Source of the DNA: Gemmatimonas sp.
Lineage (GTDB): Bacteria > Gemmatimonadota > Gemmatimonadetes > Gemmatimonadales > Gemmatimonadaceae
Direction: 5' to 3'
Assembly: GCA_965279375.1 (NCBI GenBank)
Contig: OZ257156.1
Coordinates: 1,312,001 to 1,376,000, forward strand
DNA: 64,000 nt
The position numbers and the translations under genes are program-made. Shown here piece by piece: positions 1 through 9,432 of this stretch. How positions within the stretch are numbered: the first letter of the stretch is position 1; the number at the start of each line of letters is the position of its first letter. Below the pieces are notes generated by a model. It was not told the origin of the DNA, made no database searches, and worked only from the letters and a program-made list of their open reading frames with translations.

Positions 1-63
1 CTGCTCAGCGGCCACGCCGTGATTTTCCCGCGGAGCGCTACAGCCGGTTCCGTGCGATGTGCC

Positions 64-182
64 GCCTAACCTTGCGTTGGTGCAGACAGCCGCTCCGCGG
101 TGCGCCGTGTAACTGCGGCGCTAGCGCGCCTCCGTTCACGGCTTCCTATTTGATCGGCTGCAGCACAACGCCATCGTTAGCT
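64..182 (+). repeat. attC site, family B
   Basis: GCCTAAC...GTTAGCT, imperfect palindrome. Confidence 0.92.
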
Positions 183-335
183 CGCACTGCTGCGGTGTCG
201 TGGCAATCACGGTAAACCCAGACGGAGGACCGGGGCGATGGTGGTTTGGAGAGGGCTCACGGCCGCCGTGGTGGAACGCGCGTGGCCGCGACATCTGCCT
301 CATCGCAGTTGGCCGGCCGCCGCATTCGGAGTGAC

Positions 336-875
336 GTGAGCGCTACTACCCGTCCTGCCCTGTCGCCTCGCCTATCGGCGGACGAGTTTGCGCGCTGGTA
401 CTGGCGCAAGGATGAACTCCTTCCCTTCTGTCGCCAGCTCGGTCTGCGCACCGGGGGCTCGAAGCCCGAGGTGGCCGCGCGAATTCTCGCGCACTTAGCC
501 GGGTCTCCCCCTGCGCCGGTGGTCGCGCGTCCGCGCACGGGGCCGATGCCGACGACGTTTTCGCTCGACACCACAATCGGTCCGGGCTGGCGCTGCAATC
601 CGGCGCTGGGCGCGTTCCTGCGCGGAGAGTGCGGCGCGGGCTTTCGCTTCAACTTGGCCGTCCGCACGTTCATCCATACGGCCGTGGGTCACTCGCTACG
701 CGACGCAGTCGCCTGCTATCGCGCGAGTGTCGCGCCCGGCGCGCCCGCCCAGCCGATGCTTCCGCAGAACGAGTACAATGCGCATATGCGCGCGTACTTT
801 CGGGCGAACCCGGGTGCGACAGCGAGCGCCGCGCGCGCGGCCTGGCATGCGCGTCGGCAGCACCGTGCGAGCTAA
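336..875 (+). CDS. SAP-domain / DUF6434-like protein
   Basis: YWRKDELLPFCRQLGLRTGGSKPEVAARI SAP-like motif; C-terminal QNEYNAHMRAYF; GGAG before GTG 336; stop lies in attC R''. Confidence 0.7.
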   Translation: MSATTRPALSPRLSADEFARWYWRKDELLPFCRQLGLRTGGSKPEVAARILAHLAGSPPAPVVARPRTGPMPTTFSLDTTIGPGWRCNPALGAFLRGECGAGFRFNLAVRTFIHTAVGHSLRDAVACYRASVAPGAPAQPMLPQNEYNAHMRAYFRANPGATASAARAAWHARRQHRAS

Positions 876-980
876 CCTTGCGTTGCGCTTGACAGGGCCT
901 CCAAAGATTGCGGCCTGTTCGCTGACGCTCACGGGCCGCAACTTATGGGAAGGCCCTGCAAGCGAACGCTATCGTTAGAG
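870..980 (+). repeat. attC site, family A
   Basis: AGCTAAC...GTTAGAG. Confidence 0.92.
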
Positions 981-1206
981 AGCGAACCGCGAATCCGTGA
1001 TTGTTTGAGGGGCGAGTGCGGCATCGCTGCGTCGGCAAGCGACGTATCCGCGGCCTTCGTGCGTGTCTGGGAGCACCGCGCCAGCCGACCGCCCCAACGG
1101 TCACTGGCGCGCCGGCCCGGGGGGCCGCCGACTTCCCGCGTGTCGACCCGATTCGCCCGAACGAGCCCTGCTGTCGGTCCCCAATCCAGCGCGCTAGGAT
1201 TCATCC

Positions 1207-1443
1207 ATGCCGACCGTGCTGCGGGTGGAGGGGTATCGGTTCTTCTTCTACAGCAATGAGCGGGGCGAGCCCGCCCACATTCATGTAGAACAGGCCGAGC
1301 GGTACGCCAAGTTCTGGCTCGCCGATGTCACCCTGGCCGAATCCCGCGGTCTTCGGAGTGCGGAGCTCTCGGCGCTCCGTCGGCTGGTGTTTGCACATCG
1401 CATTCAGCTTCAGGAGGCGTGGGATGGGCACTTCAGCCGTTAA
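1207..1443 (+). CDS. DUF4160 protein (putative toxin of DUF4160/DUF2442 pair)
   Basis: MPTVLRVEGYRFFFYSNE..EPAHIHV...AKFWL signature. Confidence 0.88.
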   Translation: MPTVLRVEGYRFFFYSNERGEPAHIHVEQAERYAKFWLADVTLAESRGLRSAELSALRRLVFAHRIQLQEAWDGHFSR

Positions 1444-1666
1444 GATCGAGCCGCTGGTCGTCGCGGTCACCTGCTCGGACGTCGCCCTCCGGGTCGAACT
1501 CGCGGATGGGCGCGAGATCGTCGCCCCCTTAGAGTGGTTCCCGCGCCTGCGCGACGCGACCGCAGCGCAGCGCGCGAATTGGCGCCCGATCGGCGGCGGC
1601 GTCGGCATGCATTGGCCGGAGCTGGACGAAGATCTCTCGGTCGCCGGGCTCCTCGCGACGCACTGA
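1424..1666 (+). CDS. DUF2442 protein (putative antitoxin)
   Basis: LADGREIVAPLEWFPRL...GMHWPELDEDLSVAGLL; overlaps DUF4160 gene. Confidence 0.88.
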   Translation: MGTSAVKIEPLVVAVTCSDVALRVELADGREIVAPLEWFPRLRDATAAQRANWRPIGGGVGMHWPELDEDLSVAGLLATH

Positions 1667-1692
1667 CGCCACTCCGGCGTCGTTTGTTCGCT

Positions 1693-1802
1693 CTCTAACC
1701 TTGCGTTGCGGCTGACAGGGCCTTCACGGAGTGCTCCCTGTTCGCTGCGCTCACTGGTCGCCTCCTGTTGAAGGGCCCTGCAGCCGAACGCGAACGTTAG
1801 AC
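1693..1802 (+). repeat. attC site, family A
   Basis: CTCTAAC...GTTAGAC. Confidence 0.92.
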
Positions 1803-1978
1803 CGTGGTGGCCACGTGGTCGCATCCGGCGACATGCCCGCTGGGCCAAGGTGGGTCTTGGAGGGTCTGCGCGTGTGTTCGTGTGCGCCAAGAGCGGCGGG
1901 CCCAAGCGCTCCGGGGTAGTCGCGAGGGACCTGCGGCCGAGCATAGATTTCGGTTCGCCCTCCTCCGGATGCTGTCCT

Positions 1979-2212
1979 ATGGTTGATCGGAACGCCGAAT
2001 CTCTCGCTGAGCAGCTGTTGACTTGGCCGACCGCCGATCGCGCGCGGCTTGCCGCGTTGTTGCTGGCGAGTCTGGAGCCGCCGGAAGCGGAGGTCGCCGC
2101 GGCGTGGGACGTCGAACTCGCGTCGCGCGCGGCCGCGCTGGATGCGGGACAGGTGCAGAGCATCCCCGCCGCGGACGTGTTCGCCGAGCTCGACCGCCGT
2201 CTGCGCGCGTGA
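1979..2212 (+). CDS. Addiction-module antitoxin component
   Basis: DRARLAALLLASL...AAWDVELASR...IPAADVF; GTGA overlap with toxin. Confidence 0.82.
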   Translation: MVDRNAESLAEQLLTWPTADRARLAALLLASLEPPEAEVAAAWDVELASRAAALDAGQVQSIPAADVFAELDRRLRA

Positions 2213-2496
2213 TCGCGCGGTTCCATCCCGAGGCGCAAGCGGAGCTGATCGAGTCCGCGCTCTACTACGAGGCGGCCCGCCCGGGGCTCGGGCACCAGTT
2301 TCGCGACGCGGTGAAGAGCGGCCTCGACCGTGCACTGGCGCAGCCCGAGAGCGGGAGTCTCCGCGCCGGTCTGCGCCGGCAACTCGTCGCGGGCTTTCCC
2401 TACGACGTGGTCTATCGCGTCGTGGCCGGGGAGCTCGAGGTGCTGGCCCTGGCGCATCACCGTCGGCGCCCGGGCTACTGGCAACGGCGCGCCTGA
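2209..2496 (+). CDS. RelE/ParE-family toxin
   Basis: FHPEAQAELIESALYYE...FPYDVVYR...LALAHHRRRPGYW. Confidence 0.88.
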   Translation: MIARFHPEAQAELIESALYYEAARPGLGHQFRDAVKSGLDRALAQPESGSLRAGLRRQLVAGFPYDVVYRVVAGELEVLALAHHRRRPGYWQRRA

Positions 2497-2520
2497 CCGG
2501 GAGTCGGTTCGAGCACCACG

Positions 2521-2631
2521 GTCTAACCTCGCGTTGCGGTTGACAGGGCCTTCAAAGATTGTGGCCTGTTCGCTGTCGCTCACTGGCCACAACTGATTGA
2601 AGGGCCCTGCAACCGAACGCAATCGTTAGAT
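2521..2631 (+). repeat. attC site, family A
   Basis: GTCTAAC...GTTAGAT. Confidence 0.92.
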
Positions 2632-2640
2632 GGCGCCCTG

Positions 2641-3009
2641 ATGTTGAACCACAACCCGAGCACTCCGATGCGGTTGCACCCGACGGCGGTCTTTGCGATG
2701 ATCGGGCTGCTGTTCATCGTCCTGGCGCTGCCGCTCATCCGGCGCCGCGTCCCGCCGAACGGCCTGTACGGCGTCCGCATTCCCGCGACCCTTGCCGACG
2801 AGGGCGTGTGGTACGCCGTGAACGCGCAGAGTGGGCGCGACCTGCGCCTCCTAGGCGCGGTGGTGGTCGTGCTCGCGGTCGCGGTGTGGGCGCTGGCCTG
2901 GCCGGTGTCACGGCAACTGCTGGTCCTGTTCGCGGCCCTCACCGGTGGCACGCTCGTGGTCGTCGTACGCGCGTTCCGTCACGCGAACCGCCTCCGGCGC
3001 GAGCGGTAA
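2641..3009 (+). CDS. SdpI-family membrane protein
   Basis: PPNGLYGVRIPATLADEGVWYAVN motif, three hydrophobic segments; start may be 2668. Confidence 0.82.
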   Translation: MLNHNPSTPMRLHPTAVFAMIGLLFIVLALPLIRRRVPPNGLYGVRIPATLADEGVWYAVNAQSGRDLRLLGAVVVVLAVAVWALAWPVSRQLLVLFAALTGGTLVVVVRAFRHANRLRRER

Positions 3010-3146
3010 TACGCCCGCCACCGCCGGCCTGGTGCCGGTCTGCGCGTGAGTCGAGCGCGCACAGCTAGCGCCTGGCCGCGTTCGGCGTATACCGTAGCAC
3101 CATGCCGCCGATGGTCAGACATTCCCCTTGCTGACGGAGTGCCCGC

Positions 3147-3599
3147 ATGCCTCGTGTGACGCTTCGACTGCTGAGTGGCCTCGCCGGCGTGTTCGCTGCG
3201 CCACTGCTCGCCCAAGCCCAGGGACGAGACATGAAGGCGCCCTTTGCTGGGGAACTCGCCGCGCCGGCGATGCGGCTGCGCCTCGAGCGGTTTCAAGTCG
3301 GGCTCGGCGTAGGCGCGCGGGGGATCACCGCAGACAGTCTGCGCGTCCTGGCGGCGGCGGAACGCACCGCGCGACTCCTCGCCGTCCGTCGCGCCCTCGC
3401 CCCGCACGACACGCCGTCCGTGTCCGGGAGCGATGCGCCGACGCACCTCGAGTGTCCGATGCCCATCGCCTCGCGGAGTCCAGGCGCGACGGCGGAGATG
3501 CCGGTGTGGCGTGCGGACAGTCTCGTCGAACGCCGCAGCGTCCCGTCCGCCCAAGTGCGTGCGTGTACGAACGCGCTCGGTCCAGCGCCCACGCGCTAA
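3147..3599 (+). CDS. Secreted hypothetical protein
   Basis: GGAG RBS; signal-peptide-like N-terminus ending LAQA. Confidence 0.55.
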   Translation: MPRVTLRLLSGLAGVFAAPLLAQAQGRDMKAPFAGELAAPAMRLRLERFQVGLGVGARGITADSLRVLAAAERTARLLAVRRALAPHDTPSVSGSDAPTHLECPMPIASRSPGATAEMPVWRADSLVERRSVPSAQVRACTNALGPAPTR

Positions 3600-3616
3600 G
3601 GGAGCGGCGCGCCGCC

Positions 3617-3727
3617 ATCTAACCTTGCGTTGCGCTTGACAGGGCCTTCAAGGAGTGCCACCTTGCTCGCTGCGCTCGCTGGTGGCATCCTGTTGAAGGG
3701 CCCTGCAGCAGAACGCGAGCGTTAGGT
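3617..3727 (+). repeat. attC site, family A
   Basis: ATCTAAC...GTTAGGT. Confidence 0.92.
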
Positions 3728-3761
3728 AGCGCTTCGACGGCTTGAGACGCAGACTTTTCCG

Positions 3762-4538
3762 ATGCTCGCTCACGCGCGTCGTGTCCTAGTCATCGTACTC
3801 GGTGTCTGCCTGTGGGCGGTCAGTTTGCCGACGCGGGCGCTCGCGCAGCAGGCGGCGTTGCTCGGGACGGTCTTGGAGGACTCGACGGAGCGGCCCATCG
3901 TCAACGCTGAGATCGCCATCCCTGCGCTGCAGCGTCTGGTGCGCAGCGACTCGGCCGGCAACTTCAGCCTCAGCGGCATTCCGTCGGGCGTATACCGGGT
4001 GACGGTGCGCGCCGTCGGCCGTGCCCCGCTGCAGGAGACGATTGCATTTGGGACGGCCGGGCGGATTGAACGCGATTACCTCCTCGCCCGCGCCACGACA
4101 ACGCTCGAGCAGGTGGACGTGCGGGCGGACGCGACCGTGGAGGATGTTCGCTTGGCCGAGTTCCATGCGCGCCGACGGTTCGGCACCGGGCGGTTCGTGA
4201 CGCAGGAGGTGTTGGCGCAAGCGGACGGGCGGGCACTAGCCGACGTGCTGGCGAGTCGCATTCCCGGGCTGCGCAGCGAGTCGATGGGGGGCAACCAACG
4301 CGCGATGGTCAGTGCCCGGGGGGTGATCAGCTTCCGCAGTCAGCGCTGCTACGTGAAGGTCATGGTCGACCGCATCCTGCGCTACAACGGCACCCCCGAC
4401 CCCCTGTTCGACATCAACACGCTCGATCCGGCGACGCTCGTGGGGGTGGAGTACTACACGACCGCGCAAGTGCCCGCCGAGTTCAACGGCACAGGCTCAC
4501 CGTGTGGCACGCTCGTGATTTGGACGCGCATGCGCTAA
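3762..4538 (+). CDS. Carboxypeptidase-regulatory-like domain plus TonB-plug-like secreted protein
   Basis: Signal peptide; GTV.EDST..PI...SDSAGNF...G.YRVTVRAVG; C-terminal GVEYY...PAEF...CGTLVIWT. Confidence 0.8.
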   Translation: MLAHARRVLVIVLGVCLWAVSLPTRALAQQAALLGTVLEDSTERPIVNAEIAIPALQRLVRSDSAGNFSLSGIPSGVYRVTVRAVGRAPLQETIAFGTAGRIERDYLLARATTTLEQVDVRADATVEDVRLAEFHARRRFGTGRFVTQEVLAQADGRALADVLASRIPGLRSESMGGNQRAMVSARGVISFRSQRCYVKVMVDRILRYNGTPDPLFDINTLDPATLVGVEYYTTAQVPAEFNGTGSPCGTLVIWTRMR

Positions 4539-4588
4539 GGTCGCGTCCTCCTGGTGCGGCCGCGGCATCACGCATCGCGTCACGCGCT

Positions 4589-4707
4589 ACCTAACCTCAC
4601 GTTGGTGCAGACAGCCGCTCAGCGGTGCGCCGTGTAACTGCGGCGCTGGCGCGCCTCCGTTCACGGCTTCCTATTGGAGCGGCCGCTGCACAACGTAAGC
4701 GTTAGGA
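4589..4707 (+). repeat. attC site, family B
   Basis: ACCTAAC...GTTAGGA. Confidence 0.92.
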
Positions 4708-4726
4708 AGCGCACCTACATTCACTC

Positions 4727-5389
4727 ATGCCAACAGACTGGGCGACATTCTTAAGCGGGGCTGCAGGCGCTTTCGGGGCTGCATGGCTAGGGGCGTACGC
4801 TGGCTTCCGTCGAAGTCGGATGGAGCGGGCCCTCGATCGTCGCATTGCCTGGCATGAGTCGACCATTCAGGTTCTCGCTCAGTATGAGGAGGCCCTAGAA
4901 CGACTGCGATCACACTCGCTCAACGTTCTGATCGTGCAGAGGACAGCGCCAGCTACGCAATCTTCCGGTGAATCCGCAGCAGACTTGCCAGAGCGAGTCA
5001 AAGTCCCCGCAGCACTGTGGAACGAGCTACGACAGGTTGAGGTCAGGGCAAGGGCAGCACTCCGACTTGGAGACCTCTACACAGAAGGGCGAACCCAAGT
5101 CGATTGCTCGGTGGCTCTCACGCGCTCCGTAAACATCGTGTCCAGCCACTGGCTTGATCTTAGCGATGAGCCTGAGATTCCGTGGGTCCACCTTGCCGCA
5201 GGCTACTCGGTCGCCGAAGTTCGCAACAGCCTTCAGGAATCGATGCGGGTTGTGCTTGAGTTGGATGGCTTCGTCGCCAGTTTGCTCGGCAAGCGATATC
5301 GGAGATGGAGACGGCTAAGGGTTGTTCGTGAGCTTCAAGCGGACCACGATCGTTTGCAGCAGCTGATCGCAGAATCTCAGGGCGCGTAG
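4727..5389 (+). CDS. Hypothetical protein with N-terminal membrane anchor
   Basis: 220 aa ORF starting just after the core site; hydrophobic FLSGAAGAFGAAWLGAYAGF. Confidence 0.7.
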   Translation: MPTDWATFLSGAAGAFGAAWLGAYAGFRRSRMERALDRRIAWHESTIQVLAQYEEALERLRSHSLNVLIVQRTAPATQSSGESAADLPERVKVPAALWNELRQVEVRARAALRLGDLYTEGRTQVDCSVALTRSVNIVSSHWLDLSDEPEIPWVHLAAGYSVAEVRNSLQESMRVVLELDGFVASLLGKRYRRWRRLRVVRELQADHDRLQQLIAESQGA

Positions 5390-5419
5390 AATGCCTTCAC
5401 TTGAGCCAGGCGGAGCAAT

Positions 5420-6922
5420 ATGAGTGTTGAGAATATGGAGAAGGCCAAGGAGAATCGACTTCTCTGGCCGCCGATATCCGACGCTGTGGACACTTACTTG
5501 CGGCGCCGCGCCTCTAATGCCGATGGATACGAACTGACTTGGCGCCTGGTTCACGTATGGGAGGCGATAGCCGCCACGCTTTCCGCGGCGGCAGTGACCC
5601 GTTTGCGAGAAGAGCCGAAGTTTGAACCTCTCTATCGCCGCGCCCGTGAGTACTACCACGGAAGATTCTGGGATCCGATAGCACAAGGCTTCAACCGTTC
5701 GCAAAGTGGGCTCGACGGCAGCGCGACGCGCAGAATCGACGTCCTGTGGGACATCAGCAATGGCGATGTTTCCTCCTCACGCTTCCTCACGAGTCTGCAG
5801 AGCTTTCTTCTCGCCAAAGAAATCGACCTCTCTCCGCTGGTGAAGGAGTGGGAACGAATCTGTGAGGTTCCTGATGAGACGAAGGCTTCCGGAAAATTCG
5901 CCGTTCGCGAGGCTTTGAGGCACGTCAACACGTTCCGAAATCGCTTTGCGCACGTTCCATTTCCGTACGACGTCCTGAGGGACGTTTCGGACGCCTATGC
6001 TCGCGTGACGGAGCAGCTGTTCAGCTTCGCCCCCGCACCTTTTAGCTCGTTTACGCAGGACGAGTCATTGGAAAGTCCGCTCTGCGGATCAATCCTGTGG
6101 AAGGATCGCGCGATGCGTGGTGGGGAGAACTTTCGCACTGTAAGTGAATGGCCGGCAGGTTATGGCTTCTCCTATCCGCCGATCGCAAAGAAGTCGTCGC
6201 CAGCTGAGAGTTGGAGCGCATCTCCATTCGTACATGTTGACTCGATGCTTCGACCGTACGTAATGACACGTCTTACGTCGATAACGAGCGGAACCTGGGA
6301 GTTTACGAGATTCAGAGCGGAGGCAAGTTCGGTAATTGCTATTCAGAATGCCGAAGCAGTCGCCGACCTTCCGGCACCAACACAAGCGGAGTACTCGACC
6401 CCACAGGACGCGGCGGATAGGGCTGAAGCAAAGGAGATCGAAGAGACGGTCCAAGCGCAGGCGCCGTCGTCTGCCACTCTGGCTCAGGATGAGCCATCTT
6501 CGTTTGACGAAGCGCTTCGGTTCGTGAGAAACGAGGACTTCGAGCCCGCAATTCGATACTTCCAGCGGTACGTCGAAGCTCGCCCCGCATACCATATCGG
6601 CTGGCTTCGCCTAGGGCACGCACAGCGAGAGCTCGCGATGCGCCGCCGTTTCGCGGACCCCGAAGGTGCAGCAACGCTGTTTGACAGCGCTATTGAATCG
6701 CTGTCTCAGGCGACGGGTCATGTTGAGAGGAATCGCAAGGCGCAGGCGCTCTACGAACGTTCTAAGGCGTACTATCACAGGGGGAACTTTCTCTCACAGC
6801 ACGAGGATCTGGGGAGTGCCTCAAAGGATGCAAGTGAAGCGTGCGATCTCTCTCCTGATACTTCGTACGAGAGTTGGCGAGAGTACGTAACGAACCATGC
6901 AGTCGCGCTGGACGCTTCCTAA
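5420..6922 (+). CDS. Putative HEPN-like (RxxxxH) domain plus C-terminal TPR protein
   Basis: RNRFAH at about residue 173; TPR-like AIRYFQRYVEARPAYHIGWLRLGHA and ALYERSKAYY; GGAG RBS; stop in attC. Confidence 0.65.
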   Translation: MSVENMEKAKENRLLWPPISDAVDTYLRRRASNADGYELTWRLVHVWEAIAATLSAAAVTRLREEPKFEPLYRRAREYYHGRFWDPIAQGFNRSQSGLDGSATRRIDVLWDISNGDVSSSRFLTSLQSFLLAKEIDLSPLVKEWERICEVPDETKASGKFAVREALRHVNTFRNRFAHVPFPYDVLRDVSDAYARVTEQLFSFAPAPFSSFTQDESLESPLCGSILWKDRAMRGGENFRTVSEWPAGYGFSYPPIAKKSSPAESWSASPFVHVDSMLRPYVMTRLTSITSGTWEFTRFRAEASSVIAIQNAEAVADLPAPTQAEYSTPQDAADRAEAKEIEETVQAQAPSSATLAQDEPSSFDEALRFVRNEDFEPAIRYFQRYVEARPAYHIGWLRLGHAQRELAMRRRFADPEGAATLFDSAIESLSQATGHVERNRKAQALYERSKAYYHRGNFLSQHEDLGSASKDASEACDLSPDTSYESWREYVTNHAVALDAS

Positions 6923-7027
6923 CAGTGCGTTGCTGCTGGCAGGGCCTTCAAGGATTGCGGCCTTGTTCGCTGCGCTCACTGGCCGCAACCTATTGAAGGG
7001 CCCTGCAGCAGAACGCGAGCGTTAGGC
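6917..7027 (+). repeat. attC site, family A
   Basis: TCCTAAC...GTTAGGC. Confidence 0.92.
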
Positions 7028-7075
7028 GCCTCGCTGCATTGAATCCACACACCACTTACTCTTGAACTAGCGCAA

Positions 7076-9169
7076 ATGAAGATTGACTCGCTCCGCATCG
7101 CAAACTTTCGAGGCATCGGAGACGTGACCCTCGAGTCGCTTGGCACAATGGTGATCATCGCCGGGCCAAACGGGTCCGGAAAGTCTTGCATCTTCGATGC
7201 AGTTCGCCTGCTGAAGTCGATCTACGGCGGCTATCAGGCCAATGAGTGGCAGCAATGGATGGGAGAGTTCCATGTCAACCTCGCGAGCCGCGCGACGGAC
7301 TATTTCCCGATCTTCAACGACCGGACGAAGGAGCTCCGCATCTCTTGTGGCTTCAGATTGGCGGAAGACGAACGCCGCTATATCTCAGCGAACGCGGACG
7401 AGCTCTTACGCGAACACATCTGGCGTACGCTCATGCCGGAGGCCTACGCATGGGGTGGTCTACGCCTTCCGATGTTCGCGACGCAGTTCCGGGAACGCGA
7501 GCCCGAAGTCGGAGAGCGCGTCTCCGTCGAGCGGCCGCTCCTCGCTGAGGAGCTGAGTCGTCCGACGATTCAAGGTGAAATCGTCATTCGACCAGGCGAT
7601 GTCCCCGAGGTGCGGAAATCGGTTGCGCTCTCGGTCGCATTCAGCACGTTCAGACCGCAGCAGCTTGGCGTGATTGACTACCACGGAGCACAGCGACACT
7701 ACGGTCGCGAGAACGTGCAGGGAATCAATCTTAGTCTCGATGCGAGCCAGCAGAATCAGAGCCAACACGCCTTGTACAACTACGCCAACAAGTACAACAA
7801 TGTGAAAAGCGAGATGGCGGCTTCGTACGTGAAGGAGATTCTGGCCGAACAGGCAGGCCTTCCCAAGGCATCTCAATCGACTCTAACGAATACCCTGAAG
7901 GAACTCTTCGAGACATTCTTCCCGGAGAAGACATTCTCTGGTCCCGTGCCTACGACGGACGGCACTCTGACCTTTCCGGTCCGTACAGCAAGCGGCGGGC
8001 AGCACGACCTAGATGATCTTAGTTCCGGTGAGAAGGAGATTCTCTACGGCTACCTCCGCATCCGGAATTCGGCTCCGCGGTATTCAATCATCTTGGTCGA
8101 TGAGCCCGAGCTACACCTTAATCCAAAACTCATTCGAGGCCTTCCGCAGTTCTATCGTCGGAATCTCGCGGAGTCACTAGAGAACCAGATTTGGCTCGTT
8201 ACTCACTCGGACGCCTTGTTGCGAGAAGTTGTGGGCCGAGACTCCTACAATGTTTTTCATATGCTTCCGCAAACACAGGTCAGGGACGGCGGCAGTCAGC
8301 TTCGCGCTTTATCCGTCACCGCCGATCTGGACTTGGCGTTGGCCGATTTGGTTGGAGATCTCGCGACGTTTCGACCGGGCGGAAAGGTGGTAATTGTCGA
8401 GGGGGGCGGAGATTCGGATTTTGATCTTCGGGCCGTATCGCGTCTGGTGCCGGAGATGGCTGAGCAAGTGAATTTGCTCTCGGGTACGAACAAAACTCGC
8501 GTTCGGAGTCTACTGGAGCTTCTCACGCGCGCCGAACATGCTGGAATTGTCCCGTTCAAGTGTTTCTCAATTACAGACCGCGACTCAGACTCGGCCGTAG
8601 TTGCGCCGAATGCTGCGAATGCGCTTTCGTGGGATGTCTACCATATCGAGAACTACTTCCTTGAGCCCAAGTACATCTCACGCGTCCTGTCTGCGCTCCA
8701 CCTCGGAGGGAATTGGACTGACGAGCAGATCTGGGATGAGCTTCGCGAGTGCGCAACGTTGACCATTCCTTCCTTAGTGCGACACGAACTCTCCTTTTTT
8801 GCGAATGGGCTGCTTATCAATGCTCTCGAAGTCAAGTCGGACCCTAAACAGGAGCTGCAGGCATCGGCGATTAGGTCGTCGGTCGAGAACGCGCTGAGGC
8901 GCATCACAGCAATTGAAAGCACTCAACTGTCCGACTCAGAATTGACGCGCAGGGAGCAGGAGATTCGCGCCCGATTGACAGCGAGTATCGCAGACGGTTC
9001 TTGGACGAGCTCATTCCGCGGCCGAGATGTGCTCAAACGCTTTGTCGCGCGCTCAAAGACGACGGTTTCATATGAGGTTTTCCGCAACTTGATTCTCTCT
9101 CATATGGCCGACGATGGATACTGTCCTCCCGGACTACGGGCTGTAGTGCAGACGGTTCTTGATGGGTGA
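7076..9169 (+). CDS. ABC-type ATPase fused to TOPRIM nuclease (OLD-like ATP-dependent nuclease)
   Basis: IANFRGI, Walker A GPNGSGKS, LSSGE, Walker B LVDEPELH, VTHS; TOPRIM VIVEG, DRD, IENY. Confidence 0.88.
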   Translation: MKIDSLRIANFRGIGDVTLESLGTMVIIAGPNGSGKSCIFDAVRLLKSIYGGYQANEWQQWMGEFHVNLASRATDYFPIFNDRTKELRISCGFRLAEDERRYISANADELLREHIWRTLMPEAYAWGGLRLPMFATQFREREPEVGERVSVERPLLAEELSRPTIQGEIVIRPGDVPEVRKSVALSVAFSTFRPQQLGVIDYHGAQRHYGRENVQGINLSLDASQQNQSQHALYNYANKYNNVKSEMAASYVKEILAEQAGLPKASQSTLTNTLKELFETFFPEKTFSGPVPTTDGTLTFPVRTASGGQHDLDDLSSGEKEILYGYLRIRNSAPRYSIILVDEPELHLNPKLIRGLPQFYRRNLAESLENQIWLVTHSDALLREVVGRDSYNVFHMLPQTQVRDGGSQLRALSVTADLDLALADLVGDLATFRPGGKVVIVEGGGDSDFDLRAVSRLVPEMAEQVNLLSGTNKTRVRSLLELLTRAEHAGIVPFKCFSITDRDSDSAVVAPNAANALSWDVYHIENYFLEPKYISRVLSALHLGGNWTDEQIWDELRECATLTIPSLVRHELSFFANGLLINALEVKSDPKQELQASAIRSSVENALRRITAIESTQLSDSELTRREQEIRARLTASIADGSWTSSFRGRDVLKRFVARSKTTVSYEVFRNLILSHMADDGYCPPGLRAVVQTVLDG

Positions 9170-9290
9170 CTTGCTTGCACAGGCATCGACGTCGCCACAT
9201 CGAGAACTACTCGCCTCCACCACTTAGCCCCGTCGCCTATTCGACGCCGTCGTCCGCGCCTGAGCGGTGCTGGGCATCGAGATGTAAGGC

Positions 9291-9400
9291 GCCTAACAGC
9301 GCGTTGCTGCAGTCGGCGGGTTCAAGGATGGCTCCCTGTTCGCTGCGCTCACTGGTCGCAACCTATTGAAAGCCGCCGCTGCAGAACGCAATCGTTAGAG
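9291..9400 (+). repeat. attC site, family A
   Basis: GCCTAAC...GTTAGAG. Confidence 0.92.
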
Positions 9401-9432
9401 AGCCCGCCGCCCCCATATCCAAACATCGGCTC

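Noticed and set aside
1201..2622. 473-aa minus-strand ORF and similar long antisense ORFs (42797-43783, 55678-56826, 57387-58406, 61691-62731)
   Set aside because: GC-rich shadow frames opposite well-supported genes, some crossing attC sites
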